Notes: generated by a model not told the origin, from the sequence alone. A DNA stretch of 64,000 nt from Diadema antillarum (GCF_040938485.1 NW_027270925.1:1116001-1180000); one strand, 5' to 3'; shown: positions 39,801-53,830, numbered from the stretch's first letter. Numbers and translations are program-made.

Positions 39801-41200
39801 TCGGGAAGAGGTAAGATATTGCAAAACAGATTGTCAATTAAAGTAGCAGAGTGATCCGTGACGCGAGTCGGTTTAGTAATGAGTGGCAAAAAGGATGAAG
39901 ACAAAAATGTCTCAAGAAACTCGCTTGAGATACAATCATTTCCAGATTTCAGCAAATCAATATTATAATCACCAAGTAAAAAGCAATCCTTATTTCTAAA
40001 AACTGGGTTTTTTTACCAGGTCTGTAATATATGTCACAAAATCTAAAGTATTCGAATTAGGAGGTCTGTATATTATACCCAATAACACATTCCTACATCC
40101 TGGGATAGAAATTTCTACAAAAAGAGATTCAACAGTGTTGTCCATTCTACAAATGTCGTTGTGAACAATACATTTGTAAATACTTGATACATAAAATGCA
40201 ACACCGCCTCCACTTCTGTCCGATCTATTACTAACATACATATTGTATCCGTCGATTGCAAAGGAATCTTCCGTAGTGGAAGTCAACCAGGTTTCGCTAA
40301 GTCCAATGATAGAGAGTGATTGGCTCGCATCGGATTCTAATAAAAATTTTAACTCATCAAAATGTTTATTCAGACTTCTTATGTTAAAATGCAACAGAGA
40401 AAACGTGTCTTTAGAGAAATTAAAATACATATCTTTGAATTGATTAACTGTTATATAATTACATGACGTGTTCAGATTTAAATCATTACTAAGATCATAA
40501 GGCAGTTCATTTACTGCTGAATTAAGATTATCGGCAACGAAGTTGTCATAAGGAGTTGCTTGTGTTACTGGTGCCTCATCAACTGAGTCAGATTCGGATG
40601 TTGTGAGCCTATACAGTTCAAAAAAATCGTCATTTGGCACGGAATGAAAGGGTGCATTCGAGAGATCAGCCATAACGAAAGATGAAATTGTCTAAGATAT
40701 GAACCTGCATAAACAGTAGCGCTGTAACGAAGGAATGCCAGGTTATTATGCAATGGGAGAATAGCCAGCAGACACGGCAGAAGGAATGTGACAAGGCGCG
40801 GGAAATAATCGATGCACATAACAGTGTGCATGGGTTGCGTAAAGACTTGAGTAGATAGAGGATAGTTGCGAAGGAAGGGAACTGGGAGTAAAAGAATGCA
40901 GAATGAATTGGGCTAGAAGGGTCAATAACGATGAGAGAGAAGAACAAGGAACACACACAACAGGTGAACGAAGATACAACGAGTGTCTCGGTGGGCTTCC
41001 AAAATAAAATAAAAAACATGCATACACAAGATGATCGGCGGAGAATATAGACAAAAGAAGAAGGAATGCACATGATCTTATCAGCAGAGAGCATTGCCCT
41101 ACCGCTGCAATAATACAAAATATCCGCCTCAGAAAGTACATAATAATACGCTATGACAGAAAGCATCGGTGCACACTTCCTGCCAGCCACCACCATACAC
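36823..41200 (-). mobile_element. Near full-length non-LTR retrotransposon, CR1/L2 group (Crack/Daphne-like single-ORF layout)
   Basis: APE endonuclease (HFNIRSL, LSETWL, YRPP, GDYN) plus RT (YRPISLL, DFSKAFD, GVPQGSLLGP, YADD); 3' AATAAA followed by a (AACTTG)n tail at about 36823-36850; pyrimidine-rich 5' leader. Confidence 0.9.
37529..40673 (-). pseudogene. LINE endonuclease-reverse transcriptase ORF (about 1047 aa) broken by a single extra base
   Basis: ORFs 39996..40673 and 37529..39955 join if one T is removed from the T7 run at 40008-40014, giving DLVKNPVFRNKDCFLLGDYNIDLLKS. Confidence 0.88.
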
Positions 41201-43109
41201 CGTTTAGAATTTGGCAGACAGGAAGGGAAAAAAAAGTAAAATGAAAATCCAAATCAAAAGAAAATGCAAAGGGAATTTGAATTATCTAAATTTCAATAGG
41301 TAACAGATTTTATGTAGGAATATACTTAAAGGCAAATACATGAGTACTGCTAATACAATATGATCTCATATTGTTTGAATCGGCTGAGTAAGTGTTATGT
41401 GAATATCGATACTTTTTTGTTTGATTAACAAAATGGTAAGATAAAATGCAGTGCAAAGAAGGACAAGGAGGGACGGTGCCCTTTACAAATGATAACAACA
41501 TAGTTAACTGCGGGAAACTTGAATAAACCACAACACATGCCTGTTCCAGGCCTCGCACGTGCGTTGCTAAACAGCTTCACGCCGCGGGCTCTATATCCGG
41601 ATATAATTTTAAAAGTTTTACATTTGTTGTTGAAAGGGTGAACATTGTGTTGTAGTTTAAAGCAGAATATCAGATAAGATGGCCAGAACCTTTGCATGGT
41701 TAATCATGAGACAACTTGGTTGTAAAGGATAAGTATAAATACAAATATTTCAAATAAACGAATGCTCATTATCATAAATGTAGCCTACTTGAAATCAGTT
41801 TAACAATCAAATATATGGGTATGAAATAGTAAAATTAACGAATGAGGTACAGAGCGCCCTGAGTAAACACGATAAGTTTCACAATGGCTGAAATCTGTCA
41901 TGAGTGTGGTAAAGTCGGAAATGTTTGTGGATATAGTAAAGTACCAGCCTCACTAAATTGTAGTAGAGCAACCCCCCCCCCCCCGAAAAAAAAGAAATAT
42001 ATATATATATATATATATATATAAGTATACACGTTTATATTGTAAATAAGTGGAAAGACTGCAAAAATATACAACCGAGCCTTTACTGGCTATTATAGCT
42101 TACAACACAAATACATTTCCAGCATTCCTACACAGTTGGAAATCAGGAGTACGCATACGAAGATCCGCCAAGTACAGAATGTGATGGTATGTGGGGAAAG
42201 TCACAAGCTATAGCAGATTCACATAATAATTTAGCATTCGTTGCGATGCCATGCAAAACATGTATATCTAAGGCACGGGGAGATAACTGCCCCGCCTTGG
42301 CAAAAGGAAGCAAGTGACATACCATCCGAATTTGAGTCATCGATGTTTTCATACTTCATATAATGAGTTCCTCTTCCAGGCCAAATTTCGTGCAGAAACA
42401 ATCATCCCACTAAGGGACACGTTAGACAAGACATCATGTTAGTCCACCGACATCAGTGTAAATAACAGACACACCTAGCTCTTTACGAGAAATGTCACTT
42501 TTGTGACTCGCTTCCCCTTGCCAAAGCAGGGCAGATAACATCTTAATACAGAAAAATTGCATATTTTTGCAATTGCGGACGAAAGATGCCATAAATGCTG
42601 GAATAAACTATTCAGTGAAATAAATCAACAGAAATGTCACTAAATTCTTTGATGAAGCTTACAATTTATGGCACAATGTATAAGGCTACCGCCTAATTTA
42701 AAGCTCTATATTTCGTAGGACAAAACTATGTATAACAATGGTAGAATGGTTAAATCAATGGAATAATAAAACGTCATGTTTCGGTTACTGGTATAAGAAT
42801 ACGAAGCTTACTCTATACGAGAAAATAAGAAGAGCCAAACATGATGGATGAAAAAAAAACAAGAAAAAAATTGATTCGTATAACATGACATAATGATTGC
42901 AGATTTTATCTCATTGGGGTATTGAGTGTCACATAAAAGAAGTGACTCGAGTAAAGCATAATGCCTATAATATACGCAAGTGAGAGTCAGTATGGTGACG
43001 GATCTTGCTTTTTCACCAGTCTCAACCCGATCATGATAGAGTGTGGACCCCTTGGACCATGGTGCTTTGCTACAGATTGCTGTCCTCCAGCAAGACCTCC
43101 TTGAAAGAG

Positions 43110-43255
43110 AGTATCTAGGCCAATTACCCCCTGGGCAATTACCCCAGACCCTTCCCTTGACCCTAACCCCAATCCTCATCCTGAACCTAATCCTAACCCC
43201 AACCCTAATTGCAACTCTAACCCTAACCTGAACTCTAATCTTTACACTAACCTTT
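43110..43255. repeat. Degenerate CCCTAA-like repeat with GGGCAATTACCCC motifs
   Basis: ccctaacc/cctaatcc/ctctaacc units inside the intronic TIR element. Confidence 0.6.
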
Positions 43256-44162
43256 TCACTATTTACAAGAATTTAACTGGGGGTAATAAATGTATTGTTT
43301 GCACATTTGAGCATTCTAAAATTTCTGGCAGGATTTGAGGTGCAAAACCGATTCTCCCTCAAGAGGTCAGATTGTTTCAAATGCTGTAGAATGCTTCAGG
43401 AACATTTAGAATGCAATCAGAGTCCAATTAGAATACCATTCGAATGCAGATCGATACTTTTCCACTTCGAATGCTCCTCGAATGTGTTAAGCATGGTCAA
43501 AACATTCGGGCCGGCCACAAGAATGGGCCAGAATATTTATTCCAACAGCATTCCGGGTCATTTCGCCTCTAGTGTGACGGGGGTATATATTTCAGCATCC
43601 TTTATGAAAACTCTAAGCTGTCAATAACTATTAAGGATTTTAGAAAATGCTTGGCCTTAAGAAATAAGAAGATGAAATTAATGTGGTTCTTTTGAATCAC
43701 AAATATACGATAAGTTTATTTTCTTGATTGTATTATTTTCACCGTCAACCAAAATATAAAAAAAAACAATCAGTTTACAATATTTCTTCTTTACAATAAA
43801 TAAAGTACATATTCCAATCTTGATAACGTACAACAGCAAAATGCATCGTTTGCATTTGTTTTCACAGACCCATAGGCCCAAATATAATGCCTAACTTTGT
43901 TCTTAATTACACATATTAAGTTGGTCAAAATATGATATAACAGGAAATATTGTTTTTTCAATGTATAATATAAAAAAAGAATAAACGAAGAAATATCAAT
44001 TCGAATTTTCAATAAAACTATACTATTAGTTATCGTTGAAATAAGAATGAATTAAATCAATTCAAGGAAAGTTCAAAGCTAAGTTCTTTGTCAATGTAAA
44101 GAAAAAACCAAGTATTTGACAAAATTATTTTCAGAATACCCTTTCTTGTTCCATTTTTGCAG

Positions 44163-44468
44163 GGGACACGTGAGTCGGCTGCCGAAATGCGGAAAGCGAC
44201 ACGAACTCTCTTGTTCATCGTTCTGTCATTCGTGGTTGCTTGGTTACCTCAAAGCATCATCGGTTTGATCTACTCCATCAATCCCGTACTTATCGTGCAG
44301 GGTCTACCCAGGCCTGTGATGCTTTTTTTCCCCTGGTTGGCGAGCGGAAACAGCCTTCTCAACCCGATCTCCTACGCGGTGAGCCAGCCGCTTATCAGGT
44401 CAACGCTGAAGGATCTGCTGTTTATTAATTGGAAGAATAGATCTTCACTGAAGAACGTGAAAGTTTGA
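44163..44468 (+). CDS. GPCR-4 exon 2, after a 7.9-kb TE-expanded intron; spliced protein 398 aa
   Basis: Acceptor tttttgCAG|GGG ACA CGT GAG; the only exon 2 between exon 1 at 35356 and exon 1 at 50038. Intron ends align with the short introns of GPCR-3 and GPCR-5. Confidence 0.88.
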   Translation, partial: GTRESAAEMRKATRTLLFIVLSFVVAWLPQSIIGLIYSINPVLIVQGLPRPVMLFFPWLASGNSLLNPISYAVSQPLIRSTLKDLLFINWKNRSSLKNVKV

Positions 44469-45229
44469 ATTCAGAAAAAAATTCTCCTAGAGTAACCCAC
44501 AAAAATTATTCAGAGGTAAGGTAAGAAATAAATTGATTTTTACATTAAACGGATTATGTATTATTTGTGTTAATACCTATGATGAAATAAATGAAAACAA
44601 TATTTGGCCTTTTAGACATTTTGAAGTTTTATAAACATAACCACAGCTCACTCATTAACAAATAAGAATGCAGTCAATCATTCTGTTAATTCTGCTTCAA
44701 GGAGAATCTTTCTACATTTAAACACTGTAATAAGTAGTAACACGCATTGTCTTTCCAATTATTTCTGATACGAGGCTTTCAAGACTAATTCAAAATAGTA
44801 TAAAAATGAAGAGTTATAGGTCATACAGGCCCAATAGTGAAAATTGATCGAAATCGGGTAAAGGCTAAAAGTATGGCATAAAACTTCTGGAAAGTTGCTG
44901 TGAATGAAAAAAAAAGTGAGCTAACGATGTCATAATCTCCCAGTTCCTCATTGATCATGTAGAAAAAGTTGACAATATTCATTTTTTTGTACCTTAAAAA
45001 TGTAAACAGTATTCATAGCTGAATAACTTCAAAGCAATGTTCAATTAGATATGTCAGAATTTGCTGTAGTGGCATGAATTTGTCTGAAAAGGGGAAATTT
45101 CAAGAATTAGTGTACAAACTTTACTTTGCAAGTTGTGGCATCATCATTTCACTAATTTCATTATATACCATACAGTTCAAGAACTGTTAGAATAAATTAT
45201 GTATTAATAAATCTTTCAATTTAACTTAA

Positions 45230-45801
45230 AGGACAAGTCTACCTTCATAAATCTGTGACTTGAGTGAATGGCACAATGATAGTAGAACACTTCAATGGAA
45301 GTTTGGGAAAGATCAGACAATCTGTTCAAAAGTTATATGAATTTTTAAAGTATCTGCACAATCCCTGCTGCATAAGAACACTACTACAGTGTTTGATGTC
45401 ACATGCGTACAAGGATATAAGTAAAATATAAAGAGAATTTCACAAAATTTTACTTTTCGAAAAAAGTACACATTTCCTCGACTTGTCACTGACATTAAAG
45501 GGTAATATTCTTTACCCTGCCTTCAAAAAGAGGCAAGTCAAGCGTTCTTTTGTTATGCGAAATGTTGAATGTTTGTTATGTGAAAATATGATGAACTTTC
45601 CCTATGTTTTCTTTATATCGTTGTACACATGTGACATCACAAGCTGTAGTAGTATTCTCATCAAGCAATGACTGAGAAGAAACTTCAAAAATTCATAACT
45701 TTTGAACGGATAGTGCGATTTTCCTCAAACTCTCACTGATGTCTTCTACTAATATTGCTGCATTCACTCGATCCACATGTTTATAAAGGTAAACTTGTCC
45801 T
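45230..45801. mobile_element. Kolobok-like MITE (572 bp)
   Basis: TTAA|AGGACAAGTCTACCTTCATAAA ... TTTATAAAGGTAAACTTGTCCT|TTAA; the empty homologous site is at about 58215-58230. Confidence 0.85.
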
Positions 45802-48800
45802 TTAATATGATCACGCACATTAATCAGCGGGTTCAGTGCAACCTGTTACACAGTGTTAAATCGCAAAACTCTCCTCTTGGGTAATCCGACCACATGATCA
45901 TTACTTCCAGTGTCTTTCAGTACACTGTACTTTGAATGCAAAGATGGCTTAACAAGCTGCGCAGTCTATACTTAATGCATGAAGTACCATACACGACGCA
46001 ACTTTTCCTGCAAATAACCCTATAATGAAAAGATGGAATTGCTTGCTTGGCATAGACACAGACAAAGACGGACAATGGCCATCCACAGTTGTCACAAGTG
46101 ATTTAACTGCACAACTGTTATTGTTATTATCATTCATTTATTGATTTTATGATAAACATACTTAATGGTAGCTACTCTTTACAGCAAACACGCACCTTTG
46201 GTTATCGCTATTGATCTTTCATGGCTGAAAAGTAAAATTATATATAGACAATTCTAGTCAATTAGTCAAACATAAATTTATTTAACTGCGAAGAAACTAA
46301 GAGCAAAAAAGAAGGGGATGCCTTCATTCATTTTTGGAAGCTAAACACGCCCCCCCCCCCCCTCAAAAAAAAAATAGAAGAAGCCATTGTGGAACACTTT
46401 CCGAGAAAGTGACAGATAATCACATGTTCATCCCACGTCAAGTCAACTGGGCGGGCTTTTGGTCTTCTCTTCTTTCAGGTAAGAAGAAGCAACATGTTTA
46501 TCAATATCAACATATATGTTTGCATGGAGGGTTGTAAGGGTTTGACATTGGTACGACCTATATTGAGTGCGTTAATGCGAGGTTTTTAATTTGCCTATCA
46601 TTGCCTGGTGTAAACTGGTAAAGTTTCAGATTAAACGACACCAGGCAGAATGAAGTGCATTGTGTGAATAATTATTATGGAAAAAGAAGATTGTACAAAA
46701 TTACAATGCTGCCCATGACCCTCGTATTTATAGTTTGCTACTTGAATTATTCATACTGTATTCATACTATAAAGATTAGCTGGTTGAACAGAATGAACAT
46801 ATATACGATGATATAGACGTCACAGAAGCGTATTGTTGACGGTCTGAATGTACTTGATGGTTTAGCAAAAAATTATGTTCAAGGTGTAACACTGGCAAGG
46901 CAATGAGCATTCATACTGATTATTTCACATTCATAATTTTTCTCGTATAATTTTTATAGTGTATCTACAGGAGGTGGATAAGATGTGCAATCGTGTTATT
47001 GTGTAACATTATAAGATGTATATGGAAATTTGAAGGAACATAAAGTTTCAAAATGTTTTCGTCTTAGAAAGTTGCAAGACTAGTAATCTGTACGTGATGC
47101 ACCAGTGTGAACGCGTTAATTACAGTGCTAAGAAATGGATCACAAGTGTTGATAGGATATTATAGCAACTGCATTGATTTCTTAAAATTCAACAACGGCA
47201 ATACAATTGATGTAGGGAGGAATGAAAGAAAATAGTTTCGTAATCATCTTGTTATTATATGACTAGTTCAACATAAATCGATTGCAAAAAAAAAGAGAAA
47301 AGGTTTGCTGTTACTCTTTGTCAAATTCAGAAAGTGTGTTTGCCGATATACGCAACACACTGCTACAAGCCATATGCGGAGTAAATGAAAACTCACAGAC
47401 GACGTCTTATTTTAAGGGCTTACAGTTCATTATTCTAAAGTTTCGCTATTCCGAATATTCATTGATCCGGAAATGGAGCAAGAGTCGTTATTCTGAAGGT
47501 TTGTTAATCCGAAAATGAAGTAAGATTCGTTATTCGGTAATTTCGTAAATAACGAAGAAAAAAAAATCCCTATTTGGATCGTTTGTTTCATGTGCACCCT
47601 CTTTCATTTTCGTCTTATATTGTTTATCCATGATTCAGTTCTTTTATTCCTTATGCACGGCCTCGCTGATAGCAGGCTTTCAACCTTTTTTTAAAGAAAT
47701 CAAATCAAATCAAAATCAAACTGTCTCTTTGGTTATTCTCTTTAACAATTCAAGAACCATAAGGGAGTGTGTTTGCTGTAGGAGTTTAAAAGCACTTCGA
47801 ACATCATGTAGGAACGGTAAAATTTATTTAAAAATGCCTTACCCTTTCACTTGTCTTACTGCTCACATAATCAGGACACTTGCAAATTTAATAACAAGTT
47901 ATGCTAAACAGGCTGTAACTTTGCATCATTTCCAAATTAATGCTCTGTAATAGGTCTATCCATTTTCTCAAACATGACTGCTTTATCTGATTTGGATTAA
48001 CTACATAAAGCGTGTTAATATCTGTCCATTTCGACTTTTCGTATCATCATGAATAGGACGCACTTATTTTTACTGTCTAACTAGTTATTTCTTTGTTAAT
48101 AAAGTAGATGATTCATCATTCAACAGTTCCTTTAATGTGCCCCTTCATTGATCCTTTATTGTTTTATATATTTCGCTTTCATGCCAGTCGACAATCTATA
48201 TTAATGAAGTGCAGTCTGTTAATCAAATATTTTGTTGACTGATTTTAAATTGAAAGTTTCTCTTACATGCCTTTAAAAAGGAGTAGGCCTATATAATCCA
48301 CATTGAAACGGTCTATACCACATACATAAGCAAGAAAAAAAAATGAAATTACTTTTTATATACATTCTCGCTTTCCCGTCGGCTTCGGAACTTGCAGTAT
48401 CGCAATTTGCACAGCAATTTTCATCCGCAATGCTTTTGCATTCAGAAAGAAAGGGAGAGAGAAACTCGCACAGAATCAAAATAAATCTTAAAACTGCAAG
48501 AACAAGCAAGCCGTGCTACTTGCTCTCATGGTTTTGAGAATTCCACATAGCAGACTTTTTTTTTAATTCATTTGTGCCTTGTGAGGTCACAAACTAAAAA
48601 AGAGCAAAGGATAGAACTGGAAAGCCTTTCATTAAAAAACACTCAGAAAAGATGACAAGTATGGTCCCCCTCCCCTCCTTTTTCTCCTTTCTTGAGTTTA
48701 TAGATCTGTAATACCGCCACACAGATCACACGATCCTCTATTTTACTTGACAGTATCTTACTCTTGGAAAAGAAATGTCTTTGTAAGAAACCGTTGATGA

Positions 48801-50037
48801 CGTCAGCATCTGCAGGAAGGAGCATGGCAACGGTGGCTTCCTTTTCTCTCTTGATATAATTCTATTCTTACAGAAAATAAAAAACCTAGGTCAGTAATTC
48901 ATGCTGGGGTTTTCGATGCAGACGCAGAATATTCAGAGAGGTGACAGTTTCTTGAGTCATATACTCGTCATTTCTCACAAAAGAAACGACAGACGTAAGT
49001 GTGTGAACGAGTGTGATCTCTGTTCCGTCGTTCCATTGTGTACCTGTTCATTAAAGGCAATTCCATTTTTTTTTTGTTCATTGCACTTTTCGTTTAAACT
49101 CAGACTCCCAAGTCAAACAAAACAAAAACAGTATGCTGCGAAAAGTGCTACGATTACTTTTTTTTGAACGAAACAAAATCATGATTATTTTCATTTTCAT
49201 TCTCTTAAAAGGCAGCATGGTACAGCCAAGATCATTGTGGCTCTTTTGTTACAAGCAACTTATTCCTAAATGAAACTGTCTTATGACATGCCAACATGCA
49301 TTCATTGCCTAATGTTGTCTATAATCCTATTAAACCCACAGCGAGGTTCCTGATAAGCACTTTAAACAGTGTAATCCTTTTGGAAGTGCATTATTTGTCA
49401 AGAAGAATAAAACAAAATAACACAAGAGGAGATGTCTCGGAGTTCCGTAAGTCAGCAGTTTATTTTCCAAATGTCTGTTCAATAACGTTCAGGTCTTTGT
49501 ATAAAGGAGGTTGTAAGCTTGTATAGACGAAAATGTTGGCGGCTTTGAAACACGTCGCAGTGATATTCAGTCACTTGATAATGCCAATTTTCTAGTCAAC
49601 AGTGAGCGAGCTTTTTAAACTTTACTCTTTAGATTCCAGCGTTTTAGATTCCAACTCTATGTAAGTAAGGTCATACCTGCCTAAGAGGGATTAATTGCAG
49701 GGGATGTATGCCACTTTTCTCAATTCTGAGGATTTTGTCATCTCAGCCTGGCACCACGTGTATTTAATTGACATTCCATTCACTCTAGTAAGTTTTACAG
49801 TTTATTGTCAAGAAATTGAATTTCCCGGATCTCTCGGAACAGCTTTAGTAGGTCTGGACTTTCAGAATACCATGATACCTTGCGAGGTCAAGTGAAATGC
49901 TAAGCATGTAAAGTTGAGGCATTTATATAATTGACTCTTGTGATTTTCTGACACTCTGCTGAAGTGAAGCCTTCCTAGATCGGAGACAGAAAAATCCCTC
50001 TCAACGTAATATCAAGTATAATCGAGGTAAGCTGACC

Positions 50038-50919
50038 ATGGCATCAGTGCAGACGTACCCTACACTTTGGGTTGAAACTGCTCTCGACAATTCAACCGGG
50101 AGTGAAGTTTACACAAAATCTGGAGGGTCAAACTCTTCCGGTATTTTCGGTCTCCTCTGGACCTCCCTGTTTACGGCTTGCATCATTGTCGCAAACTGTC
50201 TTAATCTTGCCGCCTTTTGCGTGAACAAAAAGCTTCGCACTTACAACAACTATTTCATTATCAACCTATCCATTCTCGATCTCCTATCTGGTTTGGTCCT
50301 GATCATTAGCGTTATACATACCCACATTGGCTACTATCCCCTTAACCAGGAGCTTTGTAAGCTTGAAAGTGGGATAAGTCAGTCACTCCTCAGCGCTTCT
50401 AATTTCGTCGTCGTGATCATCTGCGCTGACCGACATCGTGCAACTTACGACCCACTCAACCATTTCATGACACGCAGCAAACGTAAGGCTTTGTTTCTTA
50501 ACTCCCTGGCGTGGCTTGGTGCTTTTGCTTTCTGGATGATGTTCATCACAGCCTGGGAGTTCATCGACAACTTTGACAACGGACGTCACTGCCTTAGCAA
50601 GTATTTCGCAATACCAGTAGTCTCCTTACTCGGTGTCGTTGTTACTTTCTACTTGCCCTTCTTTTTAATCTCCATCCTCTACTTTCGCATATTTATAAAA
50701 ATCAGACAGACACGGGGTGGGAAACTTGTCGAAAAGAAATTCGATGTGAAGAATAACCTCAGTATAGTGGTTCCAGATTTTCCGAAGGACGCAACAACGT
50801 CGTCTCAGAATGATTCAGCCATCAACATGGACGTTGAGTCGGCCGGATCAAATCAATTTGGACAAGATGTGCCAAGGAGCACCAAGAAAGCCGGTTCAAA
50901 TCCCGACAAGAAATCGAAT
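50038..50919 (+). CDS. GPCR-5 exon 1
   Basis: Paralogous ORF; donor AAT|GTAAGA at 50920; 294 codons. Confidence 0.92.
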
Positions 50920-51548
50920 GTAAGAAATCAGCTTTATCCTTTTTTAAAGGAATATCTACTTGCTTGATTTCGATTCGTAATTGTTATCTTTCGTTTCTCG
51001 GTTACGACAAGCCCACGTTAAAACAATGAAAATATTTCAGCATCGTTTATGAAAACTCTAAGCTGTCGAAAACTATTAAGGATTTAAAAGAATGTTTGTC
51101 CTTAACGAATCCCAAATATACCAAAATTTTGTTTTCCTATTCCAACCAAAAAAAAAAAAATAAAAACGATACAATCATTTTTTTTTATATTTTGTCTACA
51201 TTTTTCAATATTTCTTCTTTACAATAATGTAATATATTCCAATCTTGATAAAGTGCAACAGAAAATGCATCGTTTGTATTTGTTTGTACAGACATATAGG
51301 TCTAAAGATAATATATAACTCTGTTCTGAATTACACATATTAATGGGTCACGACTGATAAGACACGAAAAATTGTTCGAATGTAAAAATTTCTTAATGTA
51401 AAAAACGAATTAACGAAAAATATCAATTCGAATTTTCAATAAAACTACAATCTACTTTATAGCTGAAAAAAAATGAATTTACTTAATTCAAGGAAATTAG
51501 TTTAGAAAATTACTTTCAAAATGTATTTATCTTATTCTCTATATGCAG

Positions 51549-51854
51549 GGTAAGCGCGAGTCGGCTGCCGAAATGCGGAAAGCAACACGAACCCTCTTGT
51601 TCATCGTGCTGTCTTTCGTTGTTGCCTGGTTACCTCAGAGCATCATTGGTTTGATCTATTCCATCAATCCTCTACTTATTGTGCGGGGTCTACCCAGGCC
51701 TTTGATGCTTTTCTTCACCTGGTTGGCGACAGGAAACAGCCTTCTGAACCCGATCTCTTACGCGGTGAGCCAGCCGCTTCTCAGGTCAACGCTGAAGGAC
51801 TTACTGTTCATTGATTGCAAGAATAGATCTTCGCTAAAGAAAGTGAAAGTTTGA
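51549..51854 (+). CDS. GPCR-5 exon 2; spliced protein 395 aa
   Basis: Acceptor atgCAG|GGT AAG CGC GAG; intron 629 bp; AWLP, NPISY. Confidence 0.92.
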   Translation, partial: GKRESAAEMRKATRTLLFIVLSFVVAWLPQSIIGLIYSINPLLIVRGLPRPLMLFFTWLATGNSLLNPISYAVSQPLLRSTLKDLLFIDCKNRSSLKKVKV

Positions 51855-53830
51855 ATTTGAAAAATTGTCCTCTAGGGTAAACCGCAAAGATTATTGAAAG
51901 TTATGTGCTTTGCATGGTGGAAAAAAAATCTTAATTGATTTTATTTAAACAGATTAAGTTTTCTTTGTATCCTGTCAATAGCAAAGCTAGGAATAAAGGA
52001 AAACAATTTTAACATTTGGCAATTTTAGACATATTGAATTTTTATAAACATAACCATATCCCACTCATCAACAAAATGAGTATTCATTGAATCATTCTGT
52101 CAATCATTCTTCTTTTTAATGTTAAAGCAATGTATTTAGTGGTTACACGCACTGTCTTTGTACTTACACTGTATTTCCGACATGAAAAAGAAATAGTAAT
52201 TCGATCCTGCCCAATTTACTTTCGGGCTGTTACAGCTTTTTAATGTATAATTTCTTACTTTTCTTTGAATGAGTCTCATACTCAACGAGTCAATGTCCGG
52301 AAGCCTAAAATTATTTGGTAAGTGGTGCTTGTGCCACGTTTTCTGTGTATTCGTGTAAAGCAGATTGGGGTGTTTTTTTTTTTTGCACTTGGAAGGGCTT
52401 TGATTTATCTTCGCTTCAGGTTATTGATCTAGCAAGATTTCTCCCATGTAAAATTTGAAATAAAAGGTTTTCACGTTTATTACTTTCCATAATTTGAACA
52501 GTGGAATAAAGATGACAGTGTGAGGAAAAAGGGACAGCTAAGATCTGTACTCTTTCAGTCGGTTTTCAATTTTTGAACCAGCTCATCATACACTATTAGA
52601 TCCATGGGATGTGCATTCTCATTCTGCGCTTGAATTTATTTCTAATTTAAAATAAACCTCATATGTTGAAGATTATTTCAGAAATACAAAACGTATACTC
52701 TGTATACCTGACCTGGCCTAGAATTTCGGGATTTTGTCCATTCGGAATGTAAGCTTAAATTTCCCTTTTTTAAACCTTTTTTTCCTAATCTAGTGTATAC
52801 GCAAGTTGATCGGTTGAATTCTTCGTTAACTGAATTTTAGGCAACGCGTGAGAGAAAGCAAGCTTGCATTTTTGTATTCTATTCATTTGTATTCTATTCC
52901 TTTCACTGAGTACGCATTACCGAAACACTATAGAAAACCACTCTAACTTGTGTTCGTTAAAGCGGGGTTCCCACTATCGTGCGATCCATTGCGAACGCCA
53001 CGATTGGACATTCGTAACTGATCGTGGAAAATTTGTTGAACTCGTCTGAAATTTCACGTTTGGATACGAGGTTATGCGAGTCAATACGTGTTGGTTCGCT
53101 GGGATGCGATATGGTCACGATTGGTCTATTTCAAGCAATACGATCTGTCACGATGTGGTCTCCGATTCAAATATGACCCGATAGGATTGTCCCGATTGAG
53201 TCTACGATTTGTTTCGATCTAACACGATCATTACGATGATGACATTATTATGTGTTATAGGCTCAGTATAAGAAAGTTGACCGAACTTATAGTATTGCTT
53301 ATGTGTTTGATGTCATATTCGCATAATACGTATATATGCCTTTCTATTTCAAAATGTCGTTATCTCATGGGGAAAAAAAAAGTTTGGTGGGTAAAGCTTG
53401 ATAAATAGTTTTTTTTTTTTAACAGTGTTTAACAAAACCGATATACACACAACAGAAAAGTAACTCCCCTAATGTCACTCTTTAACACAAAATAAGTTTG
53501 AAGCAAAATAATTTCGATAGTTCTAAAAAGTAATCAAATTTGCCTTTGATGTGTGCTCACTCATGCACGATTCAGGAACTCATTCTCATTTCTATACTGA
53601 CCTAAGTCAGTATGTGCAAACATACCACAGTCATTTTAGTTTTTCTATTTTTTTTTTCGTTAAAAACTTACCCCAAATTGACTACGGGGAACTCAGTTTT
53701 TGTGCGTCTGTGTATGGTAAAACAATGTATAGTAATAATAATGATATGTATGAAAATATCTAATACTCGCGGAATACAAAATGTGTACGATCTTGGAGCA
53801 AAATAAGGGCAAATTTAAAAAAAGAAGAAG

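Larger units (their letters stand above)
36354..43585. mobile_element. TIR DNA element (non-autonomous, PIF/Harbinger-like termini) in the GPCR-4 intron, hosting the LINE
   Basis: Perfect 18-bp inverted match TATACCCCCGTCACACTA (36352-36369) and TAGTGTGACGGGGGTATA (43570-43587) including a TA duplication; GAAT-rich arms; the site is empty in the GPCR-5 intron. Confidence 0.85.

Noticed and set aside
40000-40020. Programmed -1 frameshift at the A-rich site in the LINE ORF
   Set aside because: Joining the two ORFs needs a +1 shift (removing one base), not -1; a homopolymer indel is the simpler explanation.
42323-42409. Exon-like segment on the - strand (CCCTTAG acceptor, GTATGT donor) with faint Myb/SANT-like wording
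   Set aside because: All three frames contain stop codons across the 87 nt.
43110-43255. Interstitial telomere
   Set aside because: Highly degenerate, short, and located inside a transposon; more likely part of an interspersed repeat.
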